64,000 bases of DNA from Octopus bimaculoides. Taxonomy: Eukaryota. Below, one piece after another: positions 25,201 through 34,278 of this stretch. Both the position numbers and the translations under genes were made by a program. The stretch covers positions 131,902,082-131,966,081 of the forward strand of contig NC_068984.1 in NCBI RefSeq assembly GCF_001194135.2, written 5' to 3'. Below the pieces are notes generated by a model. That model did no database searches. It was given only the letters and a program-made list of their open reading frames with translations, and was not told the DNA's origin. How positions within the stretch are numbered: position 1 is the first letter of the stretch; each line of letters begins with the position of its first letter.

Positions 25201-26671
25201 CAAGGTGGAATCGGGGTATGTCAAAAGAAAGAGGCTGGCTACTTTGGTCACAGCTGTACAGAGTTAACTCAGTCTCTGGAGTACAACAAATTGTTATTTA
25301 GCCACAGGTCAACATCCACTCATGACAGTCTTTGATGATTGTGATGAGAGTAAGAAATTTGGCTGCTATTTCTAGCAAGTCAACTGAATTACAGAGACAC
25401 TCTAATTAGCTTGTTGTTCAGCCAAAGGTCATCCTTGAGTGCCAAGGCTCTTGATCACAGACATTGCAATCTTAGCCATCACATCTTTGCAAAGGTATGT
25501 AATACCATATCTTATCTGTTGTTTCCCAACTCAAAATAGTGCGGTGTAATATGAGGGAGATTTGGCTACTATTTCTAACGAGGAGAGCAACGACAGAGGT
25601 TCCCTTGCATGTTCTTGCTGCAGTTGGTAAAAGGTTATAGAACTCAGTGCCTAGAGTACAGCTGCACATGATGGACTGAACCCCAGAGGCACAGCTGAAC
25701 ATAAGTCTCAACTCCTGGAGTACAGCTGTGTATAGCAATTTCAACCCATAGAGTACAGCTATACACAGCACTTTTGACCTATAGAGTACAGCTGTACACA
25801 GCCACCTTGTTTCCTAGAGTACAGCTGACATAGCCAACTTGATTGATTGTGGTAACACAAAATATCACAGCCAGAAATACAAGTTTCTACATCCTGTGTG
25901 GTAATTCTATCAACCAACAAATAAACAATACAATTGGTCTGAGAGAAGATCGAATTGAAATATGATACTCATATAATGTAATTTATTAATGTCAATATAT
26001 CGTCATAGCAAGGTGGCGAGTTGGTAGAATCATTAGCATGCTGGGCAAAATGCTTAGTGGTATTTTGTCAGTCTTTATGTTCTGAGTTCAAATTCTGCTG
26101 AAGTCAGCTTTGCTTTTCATCCATTCAGGGTCAATAAAATAAGTACCAGCTGAGCATTGGACTTGATGTAACCAACTTAGACCCAACCCCAAAATTGCTG
26201 GCCTTGTGCCAAAATTTGAAACCAATGTACTGTCATAACATTGTATTTACTTGCACAGAATCATACATTTTCCTCCACCAAAACCACTTTGAAGTCTCTT
26301 TCAATAATTGTATAGGGAAACTAAGTTATTTTTCCCAAAAATATACTCATAAAATAGGGATGCCTTTTAATATGTCAGCAAATATGGTATTTTGTTTCTG
26401 AAAACTCAACCAAGATCTTCAGCTTTGAGGGAGTGAAAATGAAAGAACTCACCCTAAAATACAGTCATGCATATTGCGAGCTGTGGCTTGGTCCTCCACC
26501 TGCATCCACAATTCACCATGTCCTGTTGGAGCTAGACGTCCCACTTCCATGAAAAATAAGCAGTCTCGATGGCCACACCGTCGAATATAACCAAGCTGTA
26601 GGGAAAGAAAAGAGAATCAGAAATATTAAATAATTTATTTAGGTTTCTTCCATTTGTGTGTTGATGTGTGG

Positions 26672-26719
<48 letters not shown>

Positions 26720-28571
26720 CACGCCTGCATGTGTATACAAGAGTGCATGAATACAAATGTATGCTCGTTCATGTATGTATATTTGAGCACCTGTATGTAT
26801 ATATGAGCATCTGATTACATGAATGCATGTGAAATATTCTTTTCTACTCTAGGCACAAGGCCTGAAATTTTGGGGGAGGGGATCAGTCAATTAAATCAAT
26901 CCCAGTATGCAACTGGTACTTAATTTATCGACTCCAAACGGATGAAAGGCAAAGTTGACCTCGGCGGAATTTGAACTCAGAATGTAAAGACAGATGAAAT
27001 ACCGCTAAGTATAGGGTACAACAGATCCTTCCCGAGTCATAAATAGACCCGGTCAGTTTCCCAGCTTCTCTGGCGCACATATTTCCCCACCCTGGATGGG
27101 ATGCCAATCCATTGCAGGATTCATCATCATTGTTTAATGTCCGCTTTCCATGCTAGCATGGGTTGGACGACTTGACTGAGGACTGGTGAAACCGGATGGC
27201 AACACTAGGCTCCAATCTAAATTTGGCATAGTTTCTACAGCTGGATGCCCTTCCTAACGCCAACCACTCAGAGTGTAGTGGGTGCTTTTACGTGTCACCC
27301 GCACGAAGGCCAGTCAGGCGATACTGGCAACGGCCACGCTCGAAATGGTGTCTTTTATGTGCCACCCGCACAAGCCAGTCCAGGGGCACTGGCAACGATC
27401 TCGCTCGAAAATCCTACGGAGGCCAGTCAGGCAGTACTGGCAGCTGACATAATGCATCAGTTGATCTGGGAACGGAAACCATAAACTTGTAAGGAGTCCA
27501 ACACCCTAACCACTAAGCCACGTGCCCCACAGTGTATAACAGACATGCTAAATAGCACAGTGCATTAGGATCATGTGAGTGTAGTATGCAGGAAACATTG
27601 CAATACAGAGAAGACATTGGAAATTTGCAACATAGTGCTGTCTGTTGGATTATTAGGTGTTGTTACAGAGCCCCAGGTCAGTCAAAGTGTAACATCCCTT
27701 TAAAAGATATTCCAACCATGACCATCTCACCTTTTATTCAGTCGGCATGTAAAAGCACCCACTACATTCTCGGAGTGGTTGGTGTTAGGAAGGGCATCCA
27801 GCTGTAGAAACTTTGCCAAATCAGATTGGAGCCTGGTGTAGCCATTTGGTTCACCAATCCTCAGTCAAATCGTCCAACCCATGCTAGCATGGAAAGCAGA
27901 CGTTAAACGATGATGATGATAATTATTATTATCCAATCTGTGCTGTTTTTCTAAGACGGTATGTTGTAAGTGGAGGGAGATCTAGGGCTGGGTTTCATGT
28001 AGTGTTGTGAGCTTGCAGAGATCCTTCCTCTCCCTTTTTCTCTCTCACGAACACATGCATGCACACCCATACACACACACTATTACTGTTTAAAAAATGA
28101 AACATAACACCTGAAGAGGAAAATCCCCAAGTTACTTACTTGGAATGTGACTTCAGGAATCTCTGAATTGAGTCGTACCAAGCTGATTTCATGGTTCGTT
28201 AAACAAAGTCGGAACTGACCTGTCATGTTTTTGGTAGCACCAAGATCTTTAGGTTTCACAGTTACCTGCCAGACATATTCTGGAAATAAAAGTAAAAATA
28301 CAAGGGTTGAGAATCAAAATTAACCAGTTACTAAGGAACCAATACAGTGTAGGTTGTGAATACCTGTGCTGATGTCACATAGAAAAGCACCGATGCCATG
28401 CCATTGTCATGTAGAGAAGCAATTATGCTGGTGTCACATAGAAAAGCACCTATGCTGGTGCCATATAAAAAGAACCCAATACATTCTGTAAAGTGGTTGA
28501 CATTGGGAAGGTTATCCAGCCATCGAAACTGCAGCTCTCTAACTGGCCAAACCATTCAACCCATGCCAGGG

Positions 28572-28610
<39 letters not shown>

Positions 28611-28826
28611 AAAAAAAAGAAAAAACGGGCGTTAAACGATAATTTATACATTGTATCAGCATAATTTTGGCATAGGTGCAGGAGTGGCTGTATGGTAAGT
28701 AGCTTGCTTACCAACCACATGCTTCCGGGTTCAGTCCCACCTTGGGCAAGTGTCTTCTACTATAGCCTCGGGCCAACCAAAGCCTTGTGAGTGGATTTGG
28801 CAGACGGAAACTGAAAGAAGCCTGTC

Positions 28827-28872
<46 letters not shown>

Positions 28873-31058
28873 TTGTGTGTGTCCCCCCACCATCGCTTGG
28901 CAACCGGTGCTGGTGTGTTTACGTCCCCGTAACTTAGCGGTTCGGCAAAAAGAGACCGATAGAATAAGTACTAGGCTTACAAAGAATAAGTCCTGGGGTC
29001 GATTTTCCCTACTAAAGGCGGTGCTCCAGCATGGCCGCAGTCAAATGACTGAAACAAGTAAAATGAGTAAAAGAGTAATACTGGAAAATGTCAGCGCCCC
29101 AAGTCAAGGTTAATACCAAATTGAATTGATGCACACACACACACACACACACGACGGGTTTCCACACGGTTACCTTCTACCAAATTAACTCAAGGCATTA
29201 ATTGGCTCATGGTTATCGAAGAAGACACTTGCCCAAAGTGTCACGCAATGGGGCTGAATCCGAAAGCACATGGTTACAGAGCGAGCTTCTTAGCCACACA
29301 GTCACATGAGTGAAAGAATATAAACCATTTTAATTCCCTTTGCCAAAGCCCTGCGAGAAGGCACGAACGCCAAACTTATTTCACTACACCTCATATCCAT
29401 ATATTTCAATACAAATGTACTTTTGTATAAAAACACGTGTGCGTGCCTCATGCTTACGGTATTGACAACAACCTGGTTTAACAAGAGTTGCCTCCCCTTG
29501 TCCAGTAGCTACGTCACGCGATTGTTATTTTTTAAGTAGGTCGCATATACACACCATGTCTTAAAAATACAGGACACCCACCAAAAATAATATCAAAAAA
29601 TAAATCTCAAGTTTTCAAACACGAGTTCGTTGGCAGTAAAGCTATGCTAACTTAGCACTACGCAATTACGGTTCATAATACAATACGAGCGCTTGCACAA
29701 ACTCACACGCAAACACTGTACTGTACAAGGTTTTAGGAGCAGACAACATCATCCACGTAGGTTGTTTTAACAGTTGCATTTGTAATAGCATGCAATACTA
29801 TAGTGCATACACTATACTTAATAGTACGTACTATTAAAGTGCATAAGCTGTAGTTACAACATATACACTATACACTATTAGATTACTATAGGATATAGAC
29901 AGCAGTAAATATAGATGCAATAATAGGGTATATATATATATGGTGTATAATAGTAGACACAACAGTGTAGTTTATAGGAGCAAATTCAGTAATAAAGAAC
30001 ATAGGCTGTAGTAATGGTTCTAGATAACAAAACTAGTAAAAATAGTAGTAGTATCAAATACAGTCGTAATAGTAGTAATAAATGCAACACTATAATGGGT
30101 AGGCTATAAAAGTATGATAGACAACGCTAGTATTTAAGTTGCAATAATATTAGTAGATGCACATAGGGTATAATTTGTAATATCCTTAACTGAGGCTAAC
30201 ACAGTGTATCAACGACTTCAGTCATTGGTGTCATGCTGTCATCATCATTTAATGTCCACTTTTCCATGCTTGCATGGGTCAAATGGAATTTGTTGAGGCA
30301 GATTTTTGACAGCAGGGTGCCCTTCCAGACGCCAACCCTCACCCGTTTCCAAGTAAGGTAATATTTTCCCATAGCTAGACATGTTTTGTCATGGAAGACT
30401 GGAAACAAACAATGATGTACATTTACAGCCACCACTGTCTCGACAAGAGTACACACGTGCACATACGCACACATGATTGGTTTCTCTCAGTTTCTGTCTA
30501 CCACTACTAGGCACGCACACACACACACACACACACACCATAGATTTCTTTCAGTTTCTACCTACCATTCACAAGGCTTTGGTAGGCTTAGGGTTACAGC
30601 AGAACACTCTTTCCCAAGTTTCTCTGCAATGGGACTGAACCCAAGACCACATAGTTGGGAAGCAGGCTTCTTAACCACACAACCACACCTGTACCTAAAC
30701 TGTAACAACAGTTTTAAAGCTATAACAGTAAACACACAACAGCTGACCACACTCATGGAAAAGTCTACTTACCAAAATGATAGGGGGTGTTCTGTAAATC
30801 TAGAAGACAATCTAACCATGCATCCTGCTCTTCGGCATTCTCAGCTACGATGGAGAAACAGTCATCTTTGGTGAATAATGAAACGGCATGTTTATGTTTT
30901 GGGTCGATTTTTTTGTTTATATTGAAGCAAGAATTCAGTTCAATGGAACGTTTTGGTACTGAATATGAACGATATTTCTTCTCAGAGTCGTAATATTCCA
31001 GCCGTGCTGGGCCCGAGTTGCTGTTTCCCCGTAGAACGAAGAATTTTTTCTTCATCGT
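9833..31058 (-). CDS. IRS: Insulin receptor substrate (IRS1/IRS2/chico-like), joined CDS of 10 visible exons; 5' coding exon missing
   Basis: PH domain followed by an IRS-type PTB domain and a long Ser-rich tail with YxxM motifs and terminal LNYASLEL/LTYVEIDF. All 9 introns are GT-AG with compatible phases. Joined length 4167 nt is a multiple of 3 and ends in TGA. Confidence 0.95.
12743..12934 (-). CDS. IRS: IRS exon with YVMM, polyQ and YVDM
   Basis: Acceptor ctttcttttag|acta, donor ggaa|gtaagt. 192 nt, phase 1 to 1. Two YxxM motifs flank a Q8 tract. Confidence 0.92.
13850..13960 (-). mobile_element. Decayed SINE family D fragment
   Basis: tttattcaccctgaaagga...ggcaaagtcaactttggcagg.tttgaattca. 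Confidence 0.6.
14185..14331 (-). CDS. IRS: IRS exon (SAGSNWGETGQFENYINFQP...CMDLSPGSQKSER)
   Basis: Acceptor attttttag|gttc, donor acgag|gtaact. 147 nt, phase 1 to 1. Contains the YxN motif YIN. Confidence 0.85.
14524..14645 (-). CDS. IRS: IRS exon with YVPM motif (SYRCRSSVPTPDSLRGSYIEDYVPMHPGDQSSTPSTPEQY)
   Basis: Acceptor tctcttacgtag|gtct, donor aatatg|gtaagt. 122 nt, phase 2 to 1. DYVPM is a typical IRS PI3K-p85 site. Confidence 0.9.
15420..15660. repeat. Degenerate minisatellite (acagc-rich units of about 35-40 bp)
   Basis: Recurrent aacagctat..gcca / gcagtt.ttg.tca / tatacag motifs. Confidence 0.45.
15844..15969 (-). CDS. IRS: IRS exon (HYDYYPHVGHRLRSDSTESHGSRSSYSAESCASSPAVEIPI)
   Basis: Acceptor tctctctcttttag|tcat, donor attgg|gtaagt. 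126 nt, phase 2 to 2, open Ser-rich frame containing RLRSDS. Confidence 0.83.
16574..16822 (-). mobile_element. SINE family A copy
   Basis: Near-identical to 2237-2500 and followed by (TA)n(CA)n. Confidence 0.85.
17045..17240 (+). mobile_element. Older SINE family A-like copy, opposite orientation
   Basis: gtaaaaggcacc...gagtggttggcattaggaagggtatcca...gactggagcctggtgcag is the reverse complement of family A. Confidence 0.7.
17905..18022. repeat. Perfect inverted repeat, 56-bp arms with a 6-nt loop, abutting an N-gap
   Basis: 17905-17960 is the exact reverse complement of 17967-18022. Confidence 0.9.
20544..20660 (-). CDS. IRS: IRS exon (PRKNRIIPLGNEKMRPQSMYYKSSTISGGTSALSSSPV)
   Basis: Acceptor tatttcttgcag|tcct, donor gtcag|gtaaaa. 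117 nt, phase 2 to 2, open frame, GC-richer island within the intron. No domain-level homology recognised. Confidence 0.8.
22131..22330 (-). mobile_element. SINE family B copy
   Basis: caacatttcaacgtccacttttccctgcttgcatg...ggatgcccttcctgttgccaaccctcacc. Confidence 0.75.
22390..22627 (-). mobile_element. SINE family D, young near-complete copy
   Basis: ttcttatttctttattgcccacaaggggctaaacatagagggg...cgaccccgaaaggacgaaaggcaaagtcgacctcggcggaatttgaactcagaac...gccagctcgccgcct. CpGs are retained. Confidence 0.85.
22670..22785 (-). mobile_element. SINE family C head fragment
   Basis: gacacttgcccaaggtgccacgcaatgggattgaatccagaaccatgtgattggga. Confidence 0.7.
22805..23030 (+). mobile_element. SINE family D copy with (TTA)n tail
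   Basis: ggcagaatcgttagcac...ctgagttcaaattccactgaggtc...cctttcagggtcgataaattaagtaccag...ggggtcgatgtaatcga. Confidence 0.8.
23395..24080 (-). mobile_element. SINE family C copy split by an internal insertion (tail 23395-23600, head 23905-24080)
   Basis: Both halves match family C. The hairpin at 23603-23776 sits in the central microsatellite. Confidence 0.8.
23603..23776. mobile_element. Fold-back MITE-like element (174-bp imperfect palindrome)
   Basis: aatgtatgatgaatttatggaatgaagttccagaaatccca...tgggatttctggaacttcattccatgaattcatcgtacatt. Pairing continues to the centre (tgaaatttataa / tttataaatttca). Confidence 0.75.
24156..24519 (+). repeat. Local direct duplication, copy 1 (composite of decayed family E SINE pieces)
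   Basis: Collinear and highly similar to 25291-25645. Confidence 0.9.
24902..25093 (-). CDS. IRS: IRS exon: post-PTB Ser-rich linker (EMKMPISSSDSGNFRNRSSS...FNRSRTVSEGQQL)
   Basis: Acceptor taattacag|ggag, donor cttag|gtaagt. 192 nt, phase 2 to 2. RNRSSS and RSRTVS resemble the basophilic sites that follow the PTB in IRS proteins. Confidence 0.88.
25291..25645 (+). repeat. Local direct duplication, copy 2
   Basis: ttgttatttagccacaggtcaacatcca...gagagtaagaaatttggctgctattt...gacactctaattagcttgttgt...gacagaggttcccttgc is present in both copies. Confidence 0.9.
25645..25835. repeat. Minisatellite of about 6 x 32 bp with conserved AGAGTACAGCT core
   Basis: Core recurs at roughly 32-nt spacing with divergent intervening sequence. 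Confidence 0.75.
26008..26225 (+). mobile_element. SINE family D copy
   Basis: aaggtggcgagttggtagaatcattagcatgctgggcaaaatgcttagtgg...ttctgagttcaaattc. Confidence 0.8.
26453..26595 (-). CDS. IRS: IRS exon: PTB domain part 2 (LGYIRRCGHRDCLFFMEVGRLAPTGHGELWMQVEDQATARNMHDCIL)
   Basis: Acceptor tttccctacag|cttggt, donor tttagg|gtgagt. 143 nt, phase 0 to 2. IRRCGH...FF.EVGR...TG.GELWMQV.D signature. Confidence 0.97.
26845..27012 (-). mobile_element. SINE family D copy
   Basis: ctctaggcacaaggcctgaaattttggggg...gaaaggcaaagttgacctcggcggaatttgaactcagaa. Confidence 0.8.
27121..27445 (-). mobile_element. SINE family A copy
   Basis: Near-identical to 2237 and 59621. Confidence 0.85.
27745..27920 (+). 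mobile_element. SINE family A copy, inverted relative to 27121
   Basis: Ends ...cccatgctagcatggaaagcagacgttaaacgatgatgatga. Confidence 0.85.
28140..28279 (-). CDS. IRS: IRS exon: PTB domain part 1 (EYVWQVTVKPKDLGATKNMTGQFRLCLTNHEISLVRLNSEIPEVTFQ)
   Basis: Acceptor ttttatttccag|aatatg, donor ttccaa|gtaagt. 140 nt, phase 1 to 0. VWQV..KPK.LG...RLCLT is the IRS PTB signature. Too short for the ORF track. Confidence 0.96.
28674..29079 (+). mobile_element. SINE family C, full-length copy
   Basis: tRNA-like head (gtggctgtatggtaag...gggttcagtccc), central (TA)n(TG)n, 3' ccagcatggccgcagtcaaatgactgaaacaagtaaaa. Confidence 0.88.
29150..29305 (-). mobile_element. SINE family C head fragment
   Basis: gaagacacttgcccaaagtgtcacgcaatggggctgaatcc...gagcttcttagccacacagtc. 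Confidence 0.7.
30237..30430 (-). mobile_element. SINE family B copy
   Basis: tcatcatcatttaatgtccacttttccatgcttgcatggg...tttgttgaggcagattt. Confidence 0.78.
30535..30695 (-). mobile_element. SINE family C head fragment
   Basis: tttctttcagtttctacctacca...tgggactgaacccaagaccacatagttgggaagcaggcttcttaaccac. Confidence 0.7.
30773..31058 (-). CDS. IRS: IRS exon: PH domain (TMKKKFFVLRGNSNSGPARLEYYDSEKK...WLDCLLDLQNTPYHF)
   Basis: Acceptor ctcttattttgcag|acgatg, donor catttg|gtaagt. 286 nt, phase 0 to 1. Matches the chico/IRS PH pattern TMKKKFFVL...ARLEYYD.EKK...CFNIN. Confidence 0.97.
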
Positions 31059-31159
31059 CTGCAAAATAAGAGAAAGGGATTTTAAATACACCATTTAGAC
31101 AGACATTTCTTACTTTAAGTGTTCACAGTAGAATCTGTGGCAATTGTATTTGCTTTACC

Positions 31160-31495
31160 TTCTTTTATTGGTTCCAAGTCATTGGACTGTGACCATGCTA
31201 GAGCACAACCTTGAATAATTTTAGTCAAATAAATTGCCTCCAGTTCTTATTTTGCTTTTCAAGTCAGGTACTTATTCTATCGGTCTCTTTTGGCGAACCA
31301 CTAAGTTAGAGGGATGTAAACAAATTGACACTTATCTCTCCCTACACACCACTTGATACCCAAAGAGCCACACATGTGTATATGTGATATGTATGCATAT
31401 ATAGATACACACACACATCACAGTTCCTGCCTACCAAATTCACTCAAGGCATTGGTTGACCCAGAGTCACAGAAGTCACTTGCCCAAAGTACTGA
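31160..31495 (-). mobile_element. SINE family C copy (decayed)
   Basis: gtcattggactgtgaccatgctagagcac...ggtacttattctatcggtctcttttggcgaaccactaagtt. Confidence 0.75.
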
Positions 31496-32069
31496 TGAAA
31501 ACCTGCCATGATTGTTACACAGAATTTGTGTTTATTTTAACACTGTCACTTCGCTGAAAACTGAGTCTAGATTTTTATGTGTTGTAATAAACCCGACAAA
31601 CTAAATCGTCTCCAGATCTATATTTACATGAAGTTATCCCAGGAGCCCCTCCTCCCCACACAACAGCTTGCCCACCTTCTCTGCTAGTCACTTTTTCCTT
31701 CTTTTTATTTGAAGACTTAAGGAGAGCAACAGCCATAATTCTTTTTAGGGCCTCTAAAGCTTGGTGGGAGGAAAGGGGTTCCTCAGACTAGAGATCAGGT
31801 CCTGAATGCTTACAATAAAGTGGACAGCGCTAAAGGTAGCCAATATGTCAGGTTATGGTTAGTATCAACCCCCAACCCCCTAGTTTTACCATTTTCTTAT
31901 GTCTGCATGGACAAGATGGCTTTGATCTGCTGGAGTGATTGCCATTTAAAGCTGAATATCGTTACCTTCATTAAAGCAGTCCTCTGTAATGTCAGGAGCA
32001 GATTCTACATTTTATCAGCCAGGGCAGCTGGACAAACTAATTTAGGGGCCTTGCTTGATAAGGAGAACA

Positions 32070-32181
32070 AGCTGGCACTCCGTTGCTTATGACAATGAGG
32101 GTTCCAGTTGATCTGATCAATGGAGTATCCTGCTCATGAAATTAATATGGAAATGGCTGAGCACTCCACAGACATGTACCA
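32070..32181 (+). mobile_element. SINE family G fragment
   Basis: gctggcactccgttgcttatgacaatgagggttccagttgatctgatcaatgg...tgaaattaat...ggctgagcactccacagac. A related piece lies at 38160-38260. Confidence 0.55.
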
Positions 32182-32185
32182 TTAA

Positions 32186-32712
32186 CCCTTTAGTATTTAA
32201 AGCGCAGGAGTGGCTGTGTGGTAAGTAGCTTGCTTACCAACCACATGGTTCTGGGTTCAGTCCCACTGTGTGGCACCTTGGGCTAGTGTCTTCTACTATA
32301 GCCTCGGGCCGACCAAAGCCTTGTGAGTGGACTTGGTAGACGGGCACTGAAAGAAGCCCGTCATATATATGTATATATATATGTGTGTGTGTTTGTATAT
32401 GTTTGTCTGTGTTTGTCCCCCCAACATCGCTTGACAACCGATACTAGCATGTTTGCGCCCCCATAACTTAGCGGTTTGGCAAAAGAGATCGATAAAATAA
32501 GTACTAGGCTTACAAAGAATAAGTCTTGGGGTCGATATGCTCGACTAAAGGCGGTGCTCCAGCATGGCCGCAGTCAAATGACTGAAACAAGTAAAAGAGT
32601 AAAAAAGAGTAATAACATTGCAGAATAGATGTGAGAGGCCAAATCTAGAAGGTTTGAAATAAAACAAGGTAGAATATTTAGGCCGGATATGGTAGGTTCA
32701 AATGCTAAAAGG
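32186..32712. mobile_element. piggyBac-type MITE (TTAA TSD) interrupted by a SINE
   Basis: ttaa|ccctttagtatttaaa ... ttcaaatgctaaaagg|ttaa, with TTAA at 32182-32185 and 32713-32716. A similar left end lies at ~61608. Confidence 0.7.
32202..32612 (+). mobile_element. SINE family C, full-length copy nested in the MITE
   Basis: Near-identical to 28674-29079. Confidence 0.88.
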
Positions 32713-32956
32713 TTAACAGAGATACGCAATGATCACAGTGTTGAAGTTGATGAAAAGAAAACTACACACACACATAGCAAATCTTTTCTTCCTTTCATAT
32801 AAAAAAAAAAGCACCCGATTCCTCCTTGGCATTGACACAAACAATTTTACGATATTACTGGTTTAGAGTTGTCTCAAAATTCAAACCTGAAATAGATGTG
32901 TGTATGCACACAAACACACACCATCAACAAAACAGCTTTAGGATACATACAAGCCA

Positions 32957-33009
<53 letters not shown>

Positions 33010-33475
33010 GCAGAATAAATTCCAACAAAGAAAAATGACAGCATCCTCCAGGGTGTGTAACTGTAGAATCAGTGGCATGTCTTGTTACTGTAGCAACCAA
33101 GACAAACTAGGCAGTTTCAGACTAAATTGAGAATTACAGCAGGAAAAGTGACGTTATGACAGCTGAGAAAGATTGTTGTCCTAAAACCACACAATGCAAA
33201 TCAAAACGACAAACCCAAAATAGCCATGCTATTCTTGGAAACAAAGATTTATGCAACGAATCAAATGGAAACATTAAGTAAACGAATTATATTCAATTTT
33301 TCATTTTTATTTCCTAGTTTTAGGGATTGGAGGTGCATCATTCATAATATTGTTTGGGGTTACAAAAAAGGCGACAACACTAGCAGAATCAATGTGTTGC
33401 ATGAAATTCTTGCTGGTGTTTCTTCTGGTTCTTTATGCTCTGAATTTAAATTCCATGAAGGTCAACATTGCCTTT

Positions 33476-34023
33476 NNNNNNNNNNNNNNNNNNNNNNNNN
33501 NNNNNNNNNNNNNNNNNNNNNNNNNNNNNNNNNNNNNNNNNNNNNNNNNNNNNNNNNNNNNNNNNNNNNNNNNNNNNNNNNNNNNNNNNNNNNNNNNNNN
33601 NNNNNNNNNNNNNNNNNNNNNNNNNNNNNNNNNNNNNNNNNNNNNNNNNNNNNNNNNNNNNNNNNNNNNNNNNNNNNNNNNNNNNNNNNNNNNNNNNNNN
33701 NNNNNNNNNNNNNNNNNNNNNNNNNNNNNNNNNNNNNNNNNNNNNNNNNNNNNNNNNNNNNNNNNNNNNNNNNNNNNNNNNNNNNNNNNNNNNNNNNNNN
33801 NNNNNNNNNNNNNNNNNNNNNNNNNNNNNNNNNNNNNNNNNNNNNNNNNNNNNNNNNNNNNNNNNNNNNNNNNNNNNNNNNNNNNNNNNNNNNNNNNNNN
33901 NNNNNNNNNNNNNNNNNNNNNNNNNNNNNNNNNNNNNNNNNNNNNNNNNNNNNNNNNNNNNNNNNNNNNNNNNNNNNNNNNNNNNNNNNNNNNNNNNNNN
34001 NNNNNNNNNNNNNNNNNNNNNNN
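33476..34023. other. Largest assembly gap; other gaps at 3958-4113, 18023-18313, 19134-19233, 48845-48874, 50276-50285 and 53539-53548
   Basis: Runs of N. Confidence 1.
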
Positions 34024-34110
34024 CTTATCTATTTTGTGTTATAGAACAGAAAAAAATTCTTGTATTCGAATTTATTTCATGTAAAAAATTGTCTTATTTC
34101 GATAATTTCT

Positions 34111-34278
34111 ACTAATCACTGACGTCTATTCAGTTTAAAACAGTTAGCGTAATTTATCATATAAACAATATATGCGTATAAATTACGATTAAACCGGATG
34201 AAATATGTCACAGGGAATAACATTTTTATGACCGCCCAGCAGTAACTCTATTCAGCTGAATAGACGTCAGTGATTGGT
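34111..34278. repeat. 23-bp inverted repeat pair inside a probable DNA-element remnant
   Basis: actaatcactgacgtctattcag (34111-34133) versus ctgaatagacgtcagtgattggt (34256-34278), 1 mismatch. Confidence 0.7.

Noticed and set aside
25645-25835. Repeat-spacer pattern superficially like a CRISPR array
   Set aside because: Eukaryotic intron, core only ~11-14 nt, spacers too short and partly similar to each other, no cas genes.
31059-31094. MVYLKSLSLILQ as the IRS N-terminus (ORF track start)
   Set aside because: It overlaps the polypyrimidine tract and AG acceptor, so it is intronic read-through.
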